Part shown: positions 1 through 10,897 of the stretch, in pieces | How positions within the stretch are numbered: position 1 is the first letter of the stretch | Layout of the letters: every line of letters starts with the position of its first letter | NCBI GenBank assembly: GCA_030167865.1 | Contig: JALAGF010004801.1 | Location: 62,001 to 126,000 of the forward strand | Reading direction: 5' to 3' | Length of the DNA stretch: 64,000 nucleotides | DNA from: Craspedostauros australis | Lineage: Eukaryota | The notes under the pieces: generated by a model | What the model saw: only the letters and a program-made list of their open reading frames with translations | What the model was told of the DNA's origin: nothing | Databases searched by the model: none | Made by a program: the position numbers and the translations under genes

Positions 1-135
1 CATTGTCAGCATCGCCACCGTCGTTGCCGCCAGCAAAGTGTTGGCCATTGCCCTTGGTTGCAAGACGAAGCGCAAGCAGGAGTACTGCCTGACAGCAAAG
101 CGAGCAATCGTATCCAAGCTGTGCGTTGTCACCAT
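1..135 (-). CDS. Possible 5' end of a gene running off the left edge (MVTTHSLDTIARFAVRQYSCLRFVLQPRAMANTLLAATTVAMLTM...)
   Basis: Open frame from ATG at 135 to the window edge, ending in a hydrophobic stretch. The upstream sequence is CAA/ACA-rich on the minus strand like other 5' leaders here. No recognisable domain. Confidence 0.25.
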   Translation of the reverse strand, partial: MVTTHSLDTIARFAVRQYSCLRFVLQPRAMANTLLAATTVAMLTM

Positions 136-1128
136 ACTCACCCGCAGAGTAAAGTCTTCGTATTGCCGGACTATTCTGATTTGATGTGACACGGAACTGT
201 TGCTTCGCAGTCGAGGTCGATGTCGAAATTATGAGATCTTTGGGTGAGTTGCTTGATGTTTGTCAGCGCGATGTTTGTTGATGTTGGTATCGTGGTTGCG
301 GTAACATCACCGCAAGGCAGACAGTGTTCTCATGCCCTCTTGAAACACGCAACATCAACACTGCAACCACGCAGCGAATCTTTAAAGCTGATCATTCCTT
401 CGTGGTTGTGACTCCGCGTGTTTGGGAATTCAGGCGTCGGTCTGCGTGTTCCATTCCCACAGGAAGAGGAAGACAGCGTCAACCGTTCTGGTTGATGTCG
501 TTGGTGTTGTGGGTGTCAACATTTTCAAGTGTCAAAGAAGTGTTCCTTTCTTGTGGTTGCACGGAATTGGCCTGTTGCGATGCGCTTTGCCGGTTACTTG
601 GTGGCGTTCGGGCGCTCAAAGAGCCTTGGTTCCCTCTCTCTCTCTGTGTTTGCGCGGGCGTGTGCCAACTTCCGAGCGGTTGTTTCGTGGCCACAATTGG
701 CGAAATTGAAGTCGACAGTCGCCACAGAGAGAACAGGGCAGATGTCGCAGCCGAAACGATACAATGGATTGTATCACGTCACCATGTTGCGGAACGTGAG
801 TTTTATCTCTTGGTGATCGTGACATTCCAAGCAGTATCGCATGGTTATGGGACTTGGCCATTCCTGCATGGAATTGCATGGCACACGAACCAGTTGTGCG
901 TGGGGATCGGCATCACATGAAGTTTCAGCACAGTTGCATGCAGTGAGCTGACCGATTCATGACCAATGGACGTTAACAAGAGGTGATACTCCACTCTTGC
1001 TCTGTCTCGGTTCTCGAAGACAAATTTGGTCTCCACACTCCACACTTCTGCACCCAAGAGCGCGGAAGGGCGGCAAGATCCCATGTAGAGAAGGACGAAG
1101 AGAAACGATGAGACCCACCGAACACAAC

Positions 1129-1162
1129 GACATCACGACATCACGACATCACGACATCACGA
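1129..1162 (+). repeat. Tandem repeat (GACATCAC)x4, followed by degenerate GGAACAA repeats to ~1200
   Basis: Directly visible: gacatcacgacatcacgacatcacgacatcacga. Confidence 0.85.
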
Positions 1163-2387
1163 GGGAACAACAAGGAACAAGGAACAAGGAACAAGAACAG
1201 TGGGGACACAAGGAAGGAGAGAACGTCCCGTGTTGTTGGCTGCACAATCCACCAGATACAAGATTTCGACCAGATTGTTCGTCGCAGTCATGAAGTGCGT
1301 TCTCATGCGTGAAACGGAGACGTCGGAGATGTCGGAGACGCAACGGAGTTCGTGTAAAATATTCATTTCACACATAAATGATAGCTTTGTGAGAGTGGAA
1401 TGATTGTGGTCGGTTTGATCATGACATCAAGAACCGGCTACGAACTCAAATCTAGAGAGAGAGAAAGAGGATAGCATCATGGATTCGTCCATGTGCAGTA
1501 TCAAAGATGCGAGTACAGATCAAGAGGTACCTCACTCTGTTGAATAACATGGACTATCATGAAACGCACACCGCATGCGCATGTATGTGTCAAACGTGAC
1601 ATGAAGTAGAGACTTTCATTCTGGTAGCTTGTGGTGACTATTTACCCAACAATCGATTGATCCCATGACACCACTCGACGGCAGAGTACTTGTGGAGCAG
1701 ATCGGACTGGTCTATCCCAGTCTGTATGCAATCGCGGTTAATGTGCATTCGTTGTGTTGAGAAATCAGCTGAACAAAAGTGGTTAGAGCACAACAGAACG
1801 GAGAGAGAGAGATACAAGCTCTGTGAGTCATTCATGTTTGGATGCTCTGAAGCACAGGGCTGATAACCATCATATGTGCTGATGTCGCTGCTGTTCCACC
1901 ACCATCCACATTGTGGAGTGATGAAAGAATGTGCGTGCTACGGTTATCTCCCAACACGTAATAGCGCCAGAGCGCTCGCCAAGGAGTGGGAATGTAGCTC
2001 TGAGGAGGAGGAGAAACGTCAGGACGAACCCGAGCAAGCCCCTCAACTCCCCTCTTGTAATCTGGAGCCTTTTGCAGTCGCATATACGTCAGATATCCAC
2101 CCGGTAGATGCCAGGTGGTCGGCGCGAGGTGCGGAGGACGCTGCTGAAATGCGCACACACTGTGAATGCAGTGTACGCTCGCAGGTCCGGCTCGTGTGTG
2201 CATGTATGTCATGCACGTATGCATCACATCGGACAAGATAAGGCAAGGATAGAACATGCGGTTCAATCAGGTCCATGGAATTGGTTAACTCACCTTGAAT
2301 GGTCGTGGAAGCAATATCAATATCATCGTCAGCAGCAGCAGCACCACCACCAATGCCAAGCTCCTCGAGAAGGTGGGTATCATCAAA

Positions 2388-3636
2388 TCAATTAGCAACG
2401 GCGTCAAGAGCTGCAACTTTGGGGTCGTACAGACTCCTCTTCCATCGCGGGATCATCATGCGTGGGATGTAAGGGATCTCCTGCTGAAAGAGGTCGTACT
2501 CTTTCGGTTGGGAGCTGACGGCTTCGTGCATGCCCACCAGATGGAGACGAGAGTCGAAGAGCCCCAAATTCATGAGGATCTTGTTGCTGAAGGACTTTTG
2601 TTCCTTGGAATCGACAACCTCCGCGATGGATGGCACCAGCAGCCGGTTCTCCGTGTCCATCATCCAACTCGTGTTTGCGACGAGCGCTGATGAGTCCACG
2701 GCGATGCTTTGGATGATGCGGTACTGGTCGTCTGCCTTGCTATCAGACATGCTGGAGAGACGTTCCACCTTCTTGGCCTGCATCATTGTGACACGCAATG
2801 GCCAGCGCGTATGGCACATTGAGGGATGGTTTGGTACGGCGGTACGATAAGTGCAAAGATACCGCGTGAGTTGACTGAGCATTGATTCAAAGAAGCGAAT
2901 GCTCTGGATTCCACCCCTGTGGCACAGCAAAGCGAGGCGCGCAGTTGGTAGCCTTTCGCATCATCCACGCCGATGCTCGAAGCAGTCATAGACTTACAAT
3001 GGAATTCCCAAGGTTGGATACCTCCCGCCTCCGTTCCTCCAAACGCTCCATGACATGGCCGTACGCCTCCCTCAGTTGTTCCTGCTGTTGCGTGTCGCCG
3101 CTTGGATGCCGGGCGGTTGTGAGCTTCTTCTTCACCCATGGAAAGAAGGTGTGCTCCTCAATGCGGTGCAGACCCTTGAGGTTGAATCCGATGACGTAAT
3201 CACTTGCCTGTTGCAGCTTGGCCGCCGCGTCTGGCTGCTTTGGATTGCGCAATTGGGACTGCACCAGCGCATCCAATCTCTGGGACTCCCGCACCAAGGA
3301 CAAGGTGTGCCATCTCCAGCCTTGGATGTGGAAGTTGCCGATTGATGCTTTGGGCGACGCAAGGAAGGTTCGGATCCTGTCCTCTGCCCAATCGGACACG
3401 AAACCACCACTGACGCGGATGGCATCGCACGAGGCGTCTTCGATGGGCTTCGATTGAGCCCCATCTGCCGATGCTGATCTTGCTGCCGTTGCAGCGGTTG
3501 CGACACCCTCACCATGGTCCTTATCCAGGTTTGCCAGACACGCAGGGATAAGTCGAAGTTTCGGAAAGCCTGCGGAGACTACTGCAGCTACGCAGAAGAG
3601 AGACCATAGCGATAGAAGGCGGCGGCCTGACAACAT
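2388..3636 (-). CDS. Hemerythrin/HHE-like helical protein with N-terminal signal peptide; 2 exons (3636-2998, 2777-2388), ~342 aa
   Basis: ORFs 2986..3678 and 2388..2930 join in frame across a GTAAGT...TGCAG intron (2997-2778). The motif LHRIEEHTFFPWV matches the HHE HxxxEExxxFP pattern, and MMDTENRLLVP is a second degenerate copy. Hydrophobic leader MLSGRRLLSLWSLFCVAAVVSA. Confidence 0.7.
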
Positions 3637-4973
3637 GATGGTGGGACAAGCTGCAAAGTCGCAGCAAGCGTGTATCACAACGGTACTAACGGAAGGGAGT
3701 TGTGGTGAGGTCTGTGCGATTGTGGTTGTGATGGAGTAGGGTACGTTGTTTGGAAGACGGTCACCTTCTGCCCTTGAGCGCCCTGCGTTCAGTGTGAACT
3801 GTTGCCATGGTGCTGATGTGGATCGTCGTGATCATGGATCGAACCAGTGATGTGTTCATGATGCGTGCCGACACGGATACACCTGTGCGTGTTTTTGTGG
3901 TGGCAGTGGTGGCTCCGCAGAAGCGAAGCTCGTGGAATTGGTGGATTGCGTCGTTGACACGCACAACATGCAACCAGCAACATCGTGACAAATCCAACCG
4001 ACAGGCATCACGAACGCTGTATCCTCAAACTAGACCAAATTGGTGGTGGAGAATCAATCACGAACATGTCATGTTCACAACAACGATGACATCGATCCCG
4101 TATAAAAACCTTCATTAGTCCTTAATCGACAGTTTGAGGTTCTCGATTTCTGAATTTCGTGCCACTCATCAAAGTTCGTGACATTTTCAGTTGCAAACAG
4201 GCTGGCGTGCGCGAACGAGAACACATGTGATGGGTCGTGACAATCAACAGAACATCAACAACGACACGAGACATCAACCGCGTGATGGGGCAAATGCAAC
4301 CAACAACAAAAAAGGGACGCTGCGTTCTCGCACACGAACGGCATCAAAAAGCCTGTTGGTACCACACAAGCCTGCTTCGCCCAGCACCTCTCTGGACCGG
4401 GAGATGGTGCTGTGTGTCCGGATCTCTCCACCACCAAAGTGCCCAAGAATCTCGCTGAATTTGTGTTCAATCTTTTCGCACCTCGCATCAACGCATCACT
4501 GACGAAGCACCCTCCCCGTTCTCGGACGAGTGACGAACCTCCAGCCGAGGAAATGAATGAAGCGCATTGGCAGAGCCAAGCACAGAACGCCACAACAACA
4601 GCGAAACGGTTCTCCGGCGCAACCGGAGCCTGTCAGGAGGCAGCGCCAACAGCCGACGCAATACTCGTAATAATAACGAAGCAACGACCAATCCAGATCC
4701 GCGTCCACATCGCACATCCCTACACGACTGCACACACTTGTCGAGGACGGCGACAGCGACAGCACAAAGAGGCAGAGGCAAAGACTGAACGAACACACAA
4801 ACTCGCATCCATTTCATTCCTTGCATTGCTTGCATTATTTGCATTGCTTATTCAGCACATCATTGGTAAGCTCTTGATTACTCACTTCGCTCTGACACAT
4901 TCACACCATACATCCGAGGAGTACACGAGCAGCACACCACTCTATATCTCTCTAGAGTAGACATCTTTGCAAA

Positions 4974-6002
4974 ATGGGATCAGCACAGAGCAACGATATC
5001 GGATCGATCGGCGGGAACAGCGAAGCGTTCGATGTGGACCTGTACGCGCAGGTCGAGAACCTCCCGAAGCTCCTCAAGCAGCGCCAGCGTCAGTTGGATG
5101 CGAGAGAGAAGGAGCTGGAACGAGCGCTCAAGGCGCTGGAGAGAGAGAAGAAGATGCTGATTGGTGCCGCAGATCCTGGCGACATCATCCATCTCAATGT
5201 TGGTGGCACATATATAGCCGTTCTGCGACAGACCATCACCAGCATTCCTGGATCGATGCTGGCCAGCCGCTTCTCCGGACGCTTCGACTCCACCATGGTC
5301 AAGGACGCGCAGGGCAGATTCTTCATCGAGCATCCCATTGAGCTATTTGCCCCTCTCGTCAATTTCTTGCGGGCCAAGCGATGTCAGACGGCTCGTGCAG
5401 CGCCTGTCCTGCCTCCCATCTTTGACGAGAAGCGCAAGCAGGATGATTTCAATCGCATGGTGGAATACTTCGGCATGACGCTCGGCATGTATCCCGTGCA
5501 GATCGACACCATTGTTGGCAACCCAGACACTGTCACGGTCAGCGACGATCGAATGGTGGCTGCCAAGGAATGGGCCACGATCGACATCAAGCAGCAGGGG
5601 CATAAGCGCGTCATCAATTCCTTCGAAGTCACCATCATCGACGCGGAGCGCATCCAAATCGGCTGGGCCAACCCAAAGAACACGGAGCTTGGCAACAACG
5701 GTTCCGGGGTGGGCGATGTGAGCAACACCATCTCCCTCGACTTTATCCGCGGAGGCATCATCATCGGCGGAGAGTTCTTGGAGATCAATGGGCTGGAGCT
5801 CAAGGGGACCAGAACTGTCGTGCGTTCGGAAGAATTCGGGTCCACCTGGTTCGTCGACGACCTCCTCGTGGCTTCCCTGGATCCCAAGGAGGAGGATGAG
5901 ATGGCGGTCAAGATTCCATCCTCCTACAACACCAAAAACAAAAAGCCGACCATCTCCGTCAAGGGGCAGATCCAGATCACAGACATTGCCTACCAGATTT
6001 AA
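4974..6002 (+). CDS. BTB/POZ (KCTD, K+-channel tetramerisation-type) domain protein with coiled coil, N-myristoylation motif and SPRY-like C-terminal region, 342 aa
   Basis: IIHLNVGGTYIAVLRQTITSIPGSMLASRFSGRF...GRFFIEHPIELFAPLVNFLR is the classical BTB_2 signature. It starts MGSAQS (MGxxxS). IQIGWA...GVGD...SLD is SPRY-like. Confidence 0.85.
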   Translation: MGSAQSNDIGSIGGNSEAFDVDLYAQVENLPKLLKQRQRQLDAREKELERALKALEREKKMLIGAADPGDIIHLNVGGTYIAVLRQTITSIPGSMLASRFSGRFDSTMVKDAQGRFFIEHPIELFAPLVNFLRAKRCQTARAAPVLPPIFDEKRKQDDFNRMVEYFGMTLGMYPVQIDTIVGNPDTVTVSDDRMVAAKEWATIDIKQQGHKRVINSFEVTIIDAERIQIGWANPKNTELGNNGSGVGDVSNTISLDFIRGGIIIGGEFLEINGLELKGTRTVVRSEEFGSTWFVDDLLVASLDPKEEDEMAVKIPSSYNTKNKKPTISVKGQIQITDIAYQI

Positions 6003-6718
6003 TCACATCTGTTGTTGTCATGATGGACGGGCGCGTTGGATACTGAAATTTGGCATTGGAAGGGGGATGGAAGGGAAGGATGAACGAAGCTATGCCGATG
6101 AAAACTACGCAACATTGCTCGTACGTATTATATGTAGGCTACCATGTTGACACCTTTTGCGGAACATGATGGACTGGGAATATCGCCGTTTTGGGCTGCA
6201 GACATGTTTCCGAGGCAAGCAACGAACGACTCTTCATTTCTGTGCGTATGGTACTCCTACAGCTAAACACTCAATAGAGGACCATTATTGTTATTGTTCT
6301 TATTGTTGTCTGCGACTTTGTCTGTGCCGATGCCTTTGTCTTCGTTTGGTGAACGTCGGATGGTGTGTTGTGACCATACATCGGACGCCTGATGGCAGAG
6401 TGTCATGGGGTGGCTTGCCTCGCAGAAGAAGACATGGGGATCGATGACAAGATGAATCAAACATCAGCGACGGGCACTGACTCTCACTTCTGCAGCACGA
6501 TGCTGGACACAACCGCATTGCTATGCCGTCGCATGTACATATACTTGCTTGTACTGGCTAACCAAACTAAGATCGTGGCTATTTATGTAAAATACACACA
6601 TGTAACATATTAGTACGGAGACTAAGGCTCTCTCTCTCTCTCTGCGTGTGTCCAGCTAATGCTGTATCGCTCATTCGAGTTGAAAAGCATTTCCTGGTAT
6701 GCTGTCACCTGATCGATC

Positions 6719-8575
6719 TTACAGGATCGACGCTGTCCCCAGCAATGTGAACAACACGGCTGCAACATTCGCGACAATAGTTGTGCGCGTGAAAGACCGC
6801 GATTCGGCCGGCGACTGCGTGGGAGGTAACGTCTGCATGTCCGTTTGAAGTTTGGCGGAATAATCGATCTCGTCGCCCACTATCTTCTCGTCGTAGTCAA
6901 TGAAGATGTCGTACGGGTGACCATGCACGCTGTCGTACTTCACGTCAATGTTGAAAGCCTTGCGCGCGACGGCGTCGTCGATCAAGGCGAAGAGCTCCTC
7001 TACCGTGGGGATCTTCTGCAGCGTGCCATCGGTAGACGCGGCGGAAACCGAGACTGATTCCGGTTCTTCGCCGTTGACGGAAGTGACGACGCCATTCGTG
7101 ACAATGACCTCATAGGGGAGGTTGGAGTCGATGCACTGGCACGTTCGTCGGAAGGTGTACGTGTACGTATCAAACGCATTGGCAGTCCACTGACTCTCCT
7201 TCGCTTCCGCAGTTTGCTGAATCGCCGTGAAAGGGACGAGAAAGTCGACCAGGTAGGTCATCTCATCATCCGCCTTCGTGTACTGCTCATCGATGTAAAC
7301 CTTCGTGGGATACCCGAACGTGCTGTGGTATTTGATCGACAGCTCGTTAACTTCGCGATCGATGGCGGACCCGATGATGAGGAAGAGCTCATCGATGGTT
7401 TTGACTACGTTCGCCACGTCCTTCGCGGCATCGTTTCCGGATGACCGAACCTTGACATCACCAACCGTGTTGTCCACCACACTCGCGGTGAGCTGGACGA
7501 CGAAGTCCGCAAAGCATCGGCATTGGTTCTGAAAGCCGAGGTCGTACGTGTGTATGTCATGCGATTCCCACAGCTCTCTGGCGTCCTCCATCTGCCGTCT
7601 CTCCACCTGGTACCGCTTGACGATGCTGGAATCTGACAGCCGCGATGTTGCTTCGCAGACCCGTTCGCCCTGCGCGTCAAAGTGAAGGGCGACGCATCCA
7701 CCGCAGTAATAGTTGGTGCATCGCTGGCTCGAAGGGCACGGCAGCATGTTGCAGGCGCTCTCCCGGCATGTGACGAAGTTGGACGAGTCGGGGCAATCCC
7801 TGCCCGTGCATTCTCTCATGCACAGGCCGGCGACGCAGTCAATGGGACCCGTACAATCATCAACGCTGTACTCGTTGGATGGGTTGAAACAGTCGTACCG
7901 GGTCTGGCATTGCGAGAGTCCCATGCATGTGCCGGCAGCGCAGTAGGCCGGCTTGCCGTCGCCGTTCACTCCGTTCGAACAGTCGGCATCGCTGGAGCAT
8001 GCCGCGGTGTCCGGATCTGGATCGACGGTCGTTTCGTCGGGGAAGTTCTCGCAGCCTCCGAAACCACCAACGCTGAAGTGCACGGCCTGGCACTTGTCGC
8101 AGTAGATGTTGGCGCAGTTGACTGCGGTGGCGCAAGACTGCAAGACGCAGGGCGCGATGAAGCAGTCGATCACCTTCTGGCCTTCGGGGCACTTCTCGCC
8201 GCAGTTCGAAAAGCAGCTGCCATTCTCGCAGGTGCGGTGTCCGAAGCAGGTGCTGCCGGTGATGTAGTCGTTGGAGGGGTTGATGCAATCGTAGTCGTTC
8301 CCGCAGTCACCGTGCGGCATGCACTTGCCGTGGCCGCAGTACTCCTGACCCTGGACGCAATCCAGATCGCTGCCGCACGCTTCTCCCTCCAATCGTCGCG
8401 TCTGTGCCATTGATGATGGCTGTGGGAGTGGCAGTGGCATTGCCGACGTTGCGGAAGCCCCCGCTGCCTCAGCACCGAAAAGGAACGCAAAGGCAGAAGC
8501 CGAGAAGAGCAACGCCATCATCTGAGCGTGTCTTTGCATTCGAATCTGCACCATCTTTTCATTGAACGGCAGCAT
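6719..8575 (-). CDS. Secreted/GPI-type Cys-rich protein, paralog 1: signal peptide, RRL site, 2x 18-Cys modules, 2x DUF6174-like domains, hydrophobic C-terminal tail
   Basis: Long single-exon ORF (true start may be a downstream Met near 8520). Leader MMALLFSASAFAFLFGAEA. Domains of the form W...Y...C.C...T(I/V)(D/E)ELF..I...Y...G(Y/H)P..(V/I).ID....DE..Y. Ends in NVAAVLFTLLGTASIL-stop. Confidence 0.8.
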   Translation of the reverse strand: MLPFNEKMVQIRMQRHAQMMALLFSASAFAFLFGAEAAGASATSAMPLPLPQPSSMAQTRRLEGEACGSDLDCVQGQEYCGHGKCMPHGDCGNDYDCINPSNDYITGSTCFGHRTCENGSCFSNCGEKCPEGQKVIDCFIAPCVLQSCATAVNCANIYCDKCQAVHFSVGGFGGCENFPDETTVDPDPDTAACSSDADCSNGVNGDGKPAYCAAGTCMGLSQCQTRYDCFNPSNEYSVDDCTGPIDCVAGLCMRECTGRDCPDSSNFVTCRESACNMLPCPSSQRCTNYYCGGCVALHFDAQGERVCEATSRLSDSSIVKRYQVERRQMEDARELWESHDIHTYDLGFQNQCRCFADFVVQLTASVVDNTVGDVKVRSSGNDAAKDVANVVKTIDELFLIIGSAIDREVNELSIKYHSTFGYPTKVYIDEQYTKADDEMTYLVDFLVPFTAIQQTAEAKESQWTANAFDTYTYTFRRTCQCIDSNLPYEVIVTNGVVTSVNGEEPESVSVSAASTDGTLQKIPTVEELFALIDDAVARKAFNIDVKYDSVHGHPYDIFIDYDEKIVGDEIDYSAKLQTDMQTLPPTQSPAESRSFTRTTIVANVAAVLFTLLGTASIL

Positions 8576-9115
8576 TCGCTGCGATTCTTGTGTGCTGTTT
8601 GTCTGTTTGCAATGATGAACCTCTCCGCGTGAGGACGTGCTATGGCACAACAACGACAAAAACGATGATGCTGGCGCCAAATGAGAGGCCGAAGGTTGAT
8701 GGATTGTACTGCGCAGAGCGTGGCTTTCGGTAGGCGACGAGTGTGGTGTCTGTGCAGTGTTTTCACCAGTCCGCAATCGGAATTGTTACTCCTTTGCTGG
8801 TCAGCACCTCGTGATTTGAACCTCCTGTGTCACCAAAACGACATTCAAATGGTCCGATCATTCACTCTGTGACACGATGCGCTTAAATCAATGACGATCT
8901 ATTCACGGGTTGGCCCTAATTGCGATGTCGTTGCCATGTCTGGGAACGATGACGATTGGATCAAACCAACAAATCACGAGCTGAACCCTCCATCCTATCG
9001 ATGGAGACTAGAACTATACAAGCGTCAGCTATCCAGAACCTCTTCGTGAGAAATGAAATTATAGGTGGTAATGTATGAATTGAGCGCCACGCTACGAGCA
9101 TGAACCACATCGCGT

Positions 9116-10897
9116 TCAAACAAAGTGCGAGACCAAGAATGTCACGGCAGCCAACAACAGCAGGCATTTGGATTGAGCTGCCCCGGCTCCGCTTGGATCA
9201 TCTTCGTCGCTGGCTTCCTCCAAGGTGTCTTTGTCCCTGCCATTTTCTGGAACGGGGAATTGCTTCAAAGTTGCGGCGACGTTGTAAGCACCATCGGCGA
9301 TCACTTCGCTGTCGCTGATGCTCACGCCCTTGGGGTATCCATAGTCGGCGTCGTACGTGACTCCAAGGAAAACGGAGCCGTCGTTCATGGCCTGTTCGAT
9401 CTTGCCAAACAGATCATCGAGGGTTGGGAAGTATGATGGCTGCAGTTGCAGTGTTGCCGTCTTCGAGGAAGAGACGGACACGGCCGAATCTGGGGTGGCG
9501 CTGATGACCACGCCATCTCTCACCGTGACGTCGTACGGGACACCGTCATGAGCGCATTCGCAGGACTGGACGAAGCTGTACGTGTACCTTCCGATCTGGG
9601 TATCAGCCCACTGCTTCTTCTTCACAGCGTGTTCGTTGCGGAGCTTGGTAACTGGCACGAGGAAACGAACGTCGTAGGTTGCTTCATCGTCCGCCACCAT
9701 TTCTCGTTCATCCACGAAGATGTACTTGGGGTATCCGTATAGTTCGTGGTACCTCACGCTAATGGAAGCAGCAGAGTCGTCGATTTGCGCCTGGATGAGG
9801 TCGAACAGACTTTCGACAGTCAGCACGCTGGCCTTGACGTCATCTGACACATCCTCGCCGTATTGTGTGGTGACCTTGCTGAGCGCACCGTCTTCGACGC
9901 GAGCGACAAGCGGCTGTCTGAACTCTTCCGTGCAAAAGCATGACTTGGCAAAGCCATAGTCGTACGTCGTCAGTCCGAAAGATGTCCACAGCGCCTTGGC
10001 ATCGTCCAACGCCTCCTGAGGTGTCTTGGAGTTGTGGATGCCATCATCCTTGCAGGTTTGGAATCCAGCCGTGTCGAAGTAGATTCGCTTGCAGCCTCCG
10101 CAGTAGTCATTGACGCAGACGGGGCCTCCGATGCAGGCCACCCTCGCATTGCATGGCTCCACATCGCACTGCACGCGTTCGAGGCCTGCGGGGCACATGG
10201 ACGAGCCGCATTCCACTTCGCACTTTCCCTCTGCGTTGCAGGTCGGAGGGCCCAAGCAGTCGACCGATGGGTAATCGTTGGAGGGGTTGTAGCAATCGAC
10301 GTCCAAAGAGCAGCCGCCCTTCTCGTGGCACTTGCCTTGGCCGCAGTACTGGGTTTCGAGACAGTCGCCGTTGCTGAGGCAGGTGCCATCAGCAGGGCCG
10401 GCGCTCGATTGGCCGTCATCGAAGGTACCTGGTTTGCAGATGTTGTGCCCGGCCGCATCGAAGTGCAACGCGTTGCACCCACCGCAGTACTCGTCGACGC
10501 AGCTCACGGCTCCTTCGCATAGGTCGCCTTGACATGGAGCATTGAAGCAATTGACGAAGTCCGTGCCATCCAGACACGAGTATGGTCTGCAGTACCTCGT
10601 GCACTGACCGCCATCGCAATCGATGGGTCCTTCACATTCGATGATTCCGTAGCTGTTGGATGGGTTGAAGCAATCCGCCCTGGTCATGCACTTGCTTTGC
10701 TCCAGGCAGACACCCTGCGCGCAGTACTCGGTTGATGTGTTGCAGTCAGCATCGGAAAGGCACGTGGTGGTGGTCTGGTCGGCAGCGCCGAGGAAACGGA
10801 GGTTGGTGTGTTCGCGAGCGTCTGCAGCGACGCGGGAGGCCGTTGCAACGCCCCAAGACGCCGAGAGCAGCGGGAGGAAGAGCTTCGATACCTTCAT
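9116..10897 (-). CDS. Secreted/GPI-type Cys-rich protein, paralog 2: same architecture (2x 18-Cys modules + 2x DUF6174-like domains)
   Basis: Start MKVSKLFLPLLSASWGVATA, then LRFL. Motifs such as DCFNPSN.Y, YCGGC.A.HFD, TYDYGFAKSCFC, YGYPKYIFVDEREMVADDEATY align with paralog 1. Ends SGAGAAQSKCLLLLAAVTFLVSHFV-stop. Confidence 0.82.
   Translation of the reverse strand: MKVSKLFLPLLSASWGVATASRVAADAREHTNLRFLGAADQTTTTCLSDADCNTSTEYCAQGVCLEQSKCMTRADCFNPSNSYGIIECEGPIDCDGGQCTRYCRPYSCLDGTDFVNCFNAPCQGDLCEGAVSCVDEYCGGCNALHFDAAGHNICKPGTFDDGQSSAGPADGTCLSNGDCLETQYCGQGKCHEKGGCSLDVDCYNPSNDYPSVDCLGPPTCNAEGKCEVECGSSMCPAGLERVQCDVEPCNARVACIGGPVCVNDYCGGCKRIYFDTAGFQTCKDDGIHNSKTPQEALDDAKALWTSFGLTTYDYGFAKSCFCTEEFRQPLVARVEDGALSKVTTQYGEDVSDDVKASVLTVESLFDLIQAQIDDSAASISVRYHELYGYPKYIFVDEREMVADDEATYDVRFLVPVTKLRNEHAVKKKQWADTQIGRYTYSFVQSCECAHDGVPYDVTVRDGVVISATPDSAVSVSSSKTATLQLQPSYFPTLDDLFGKIEQAMNDGSVFLGVTYDADYGYPKGVSISDSEVIADGAYNVAATLKQFPVPENGRDKDTLEEASDEDDPSGAGAAQSKCLLLLAAVTFLVSHFV

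Noticed and set aside
1129-1200. Short direct repeats as a CRISPR-like array
   Set aside because: Perfectly tandem 7-8-nt units with no spacers, in a eukaryotic context.
324-2300. Short ORFs in the first 2.3 kb (324..920, 845..1084, 1876..2241)
   Set aside because: No motifs, no evident codon bias, mostly non-ATG starts. Cannot be supported as genes.
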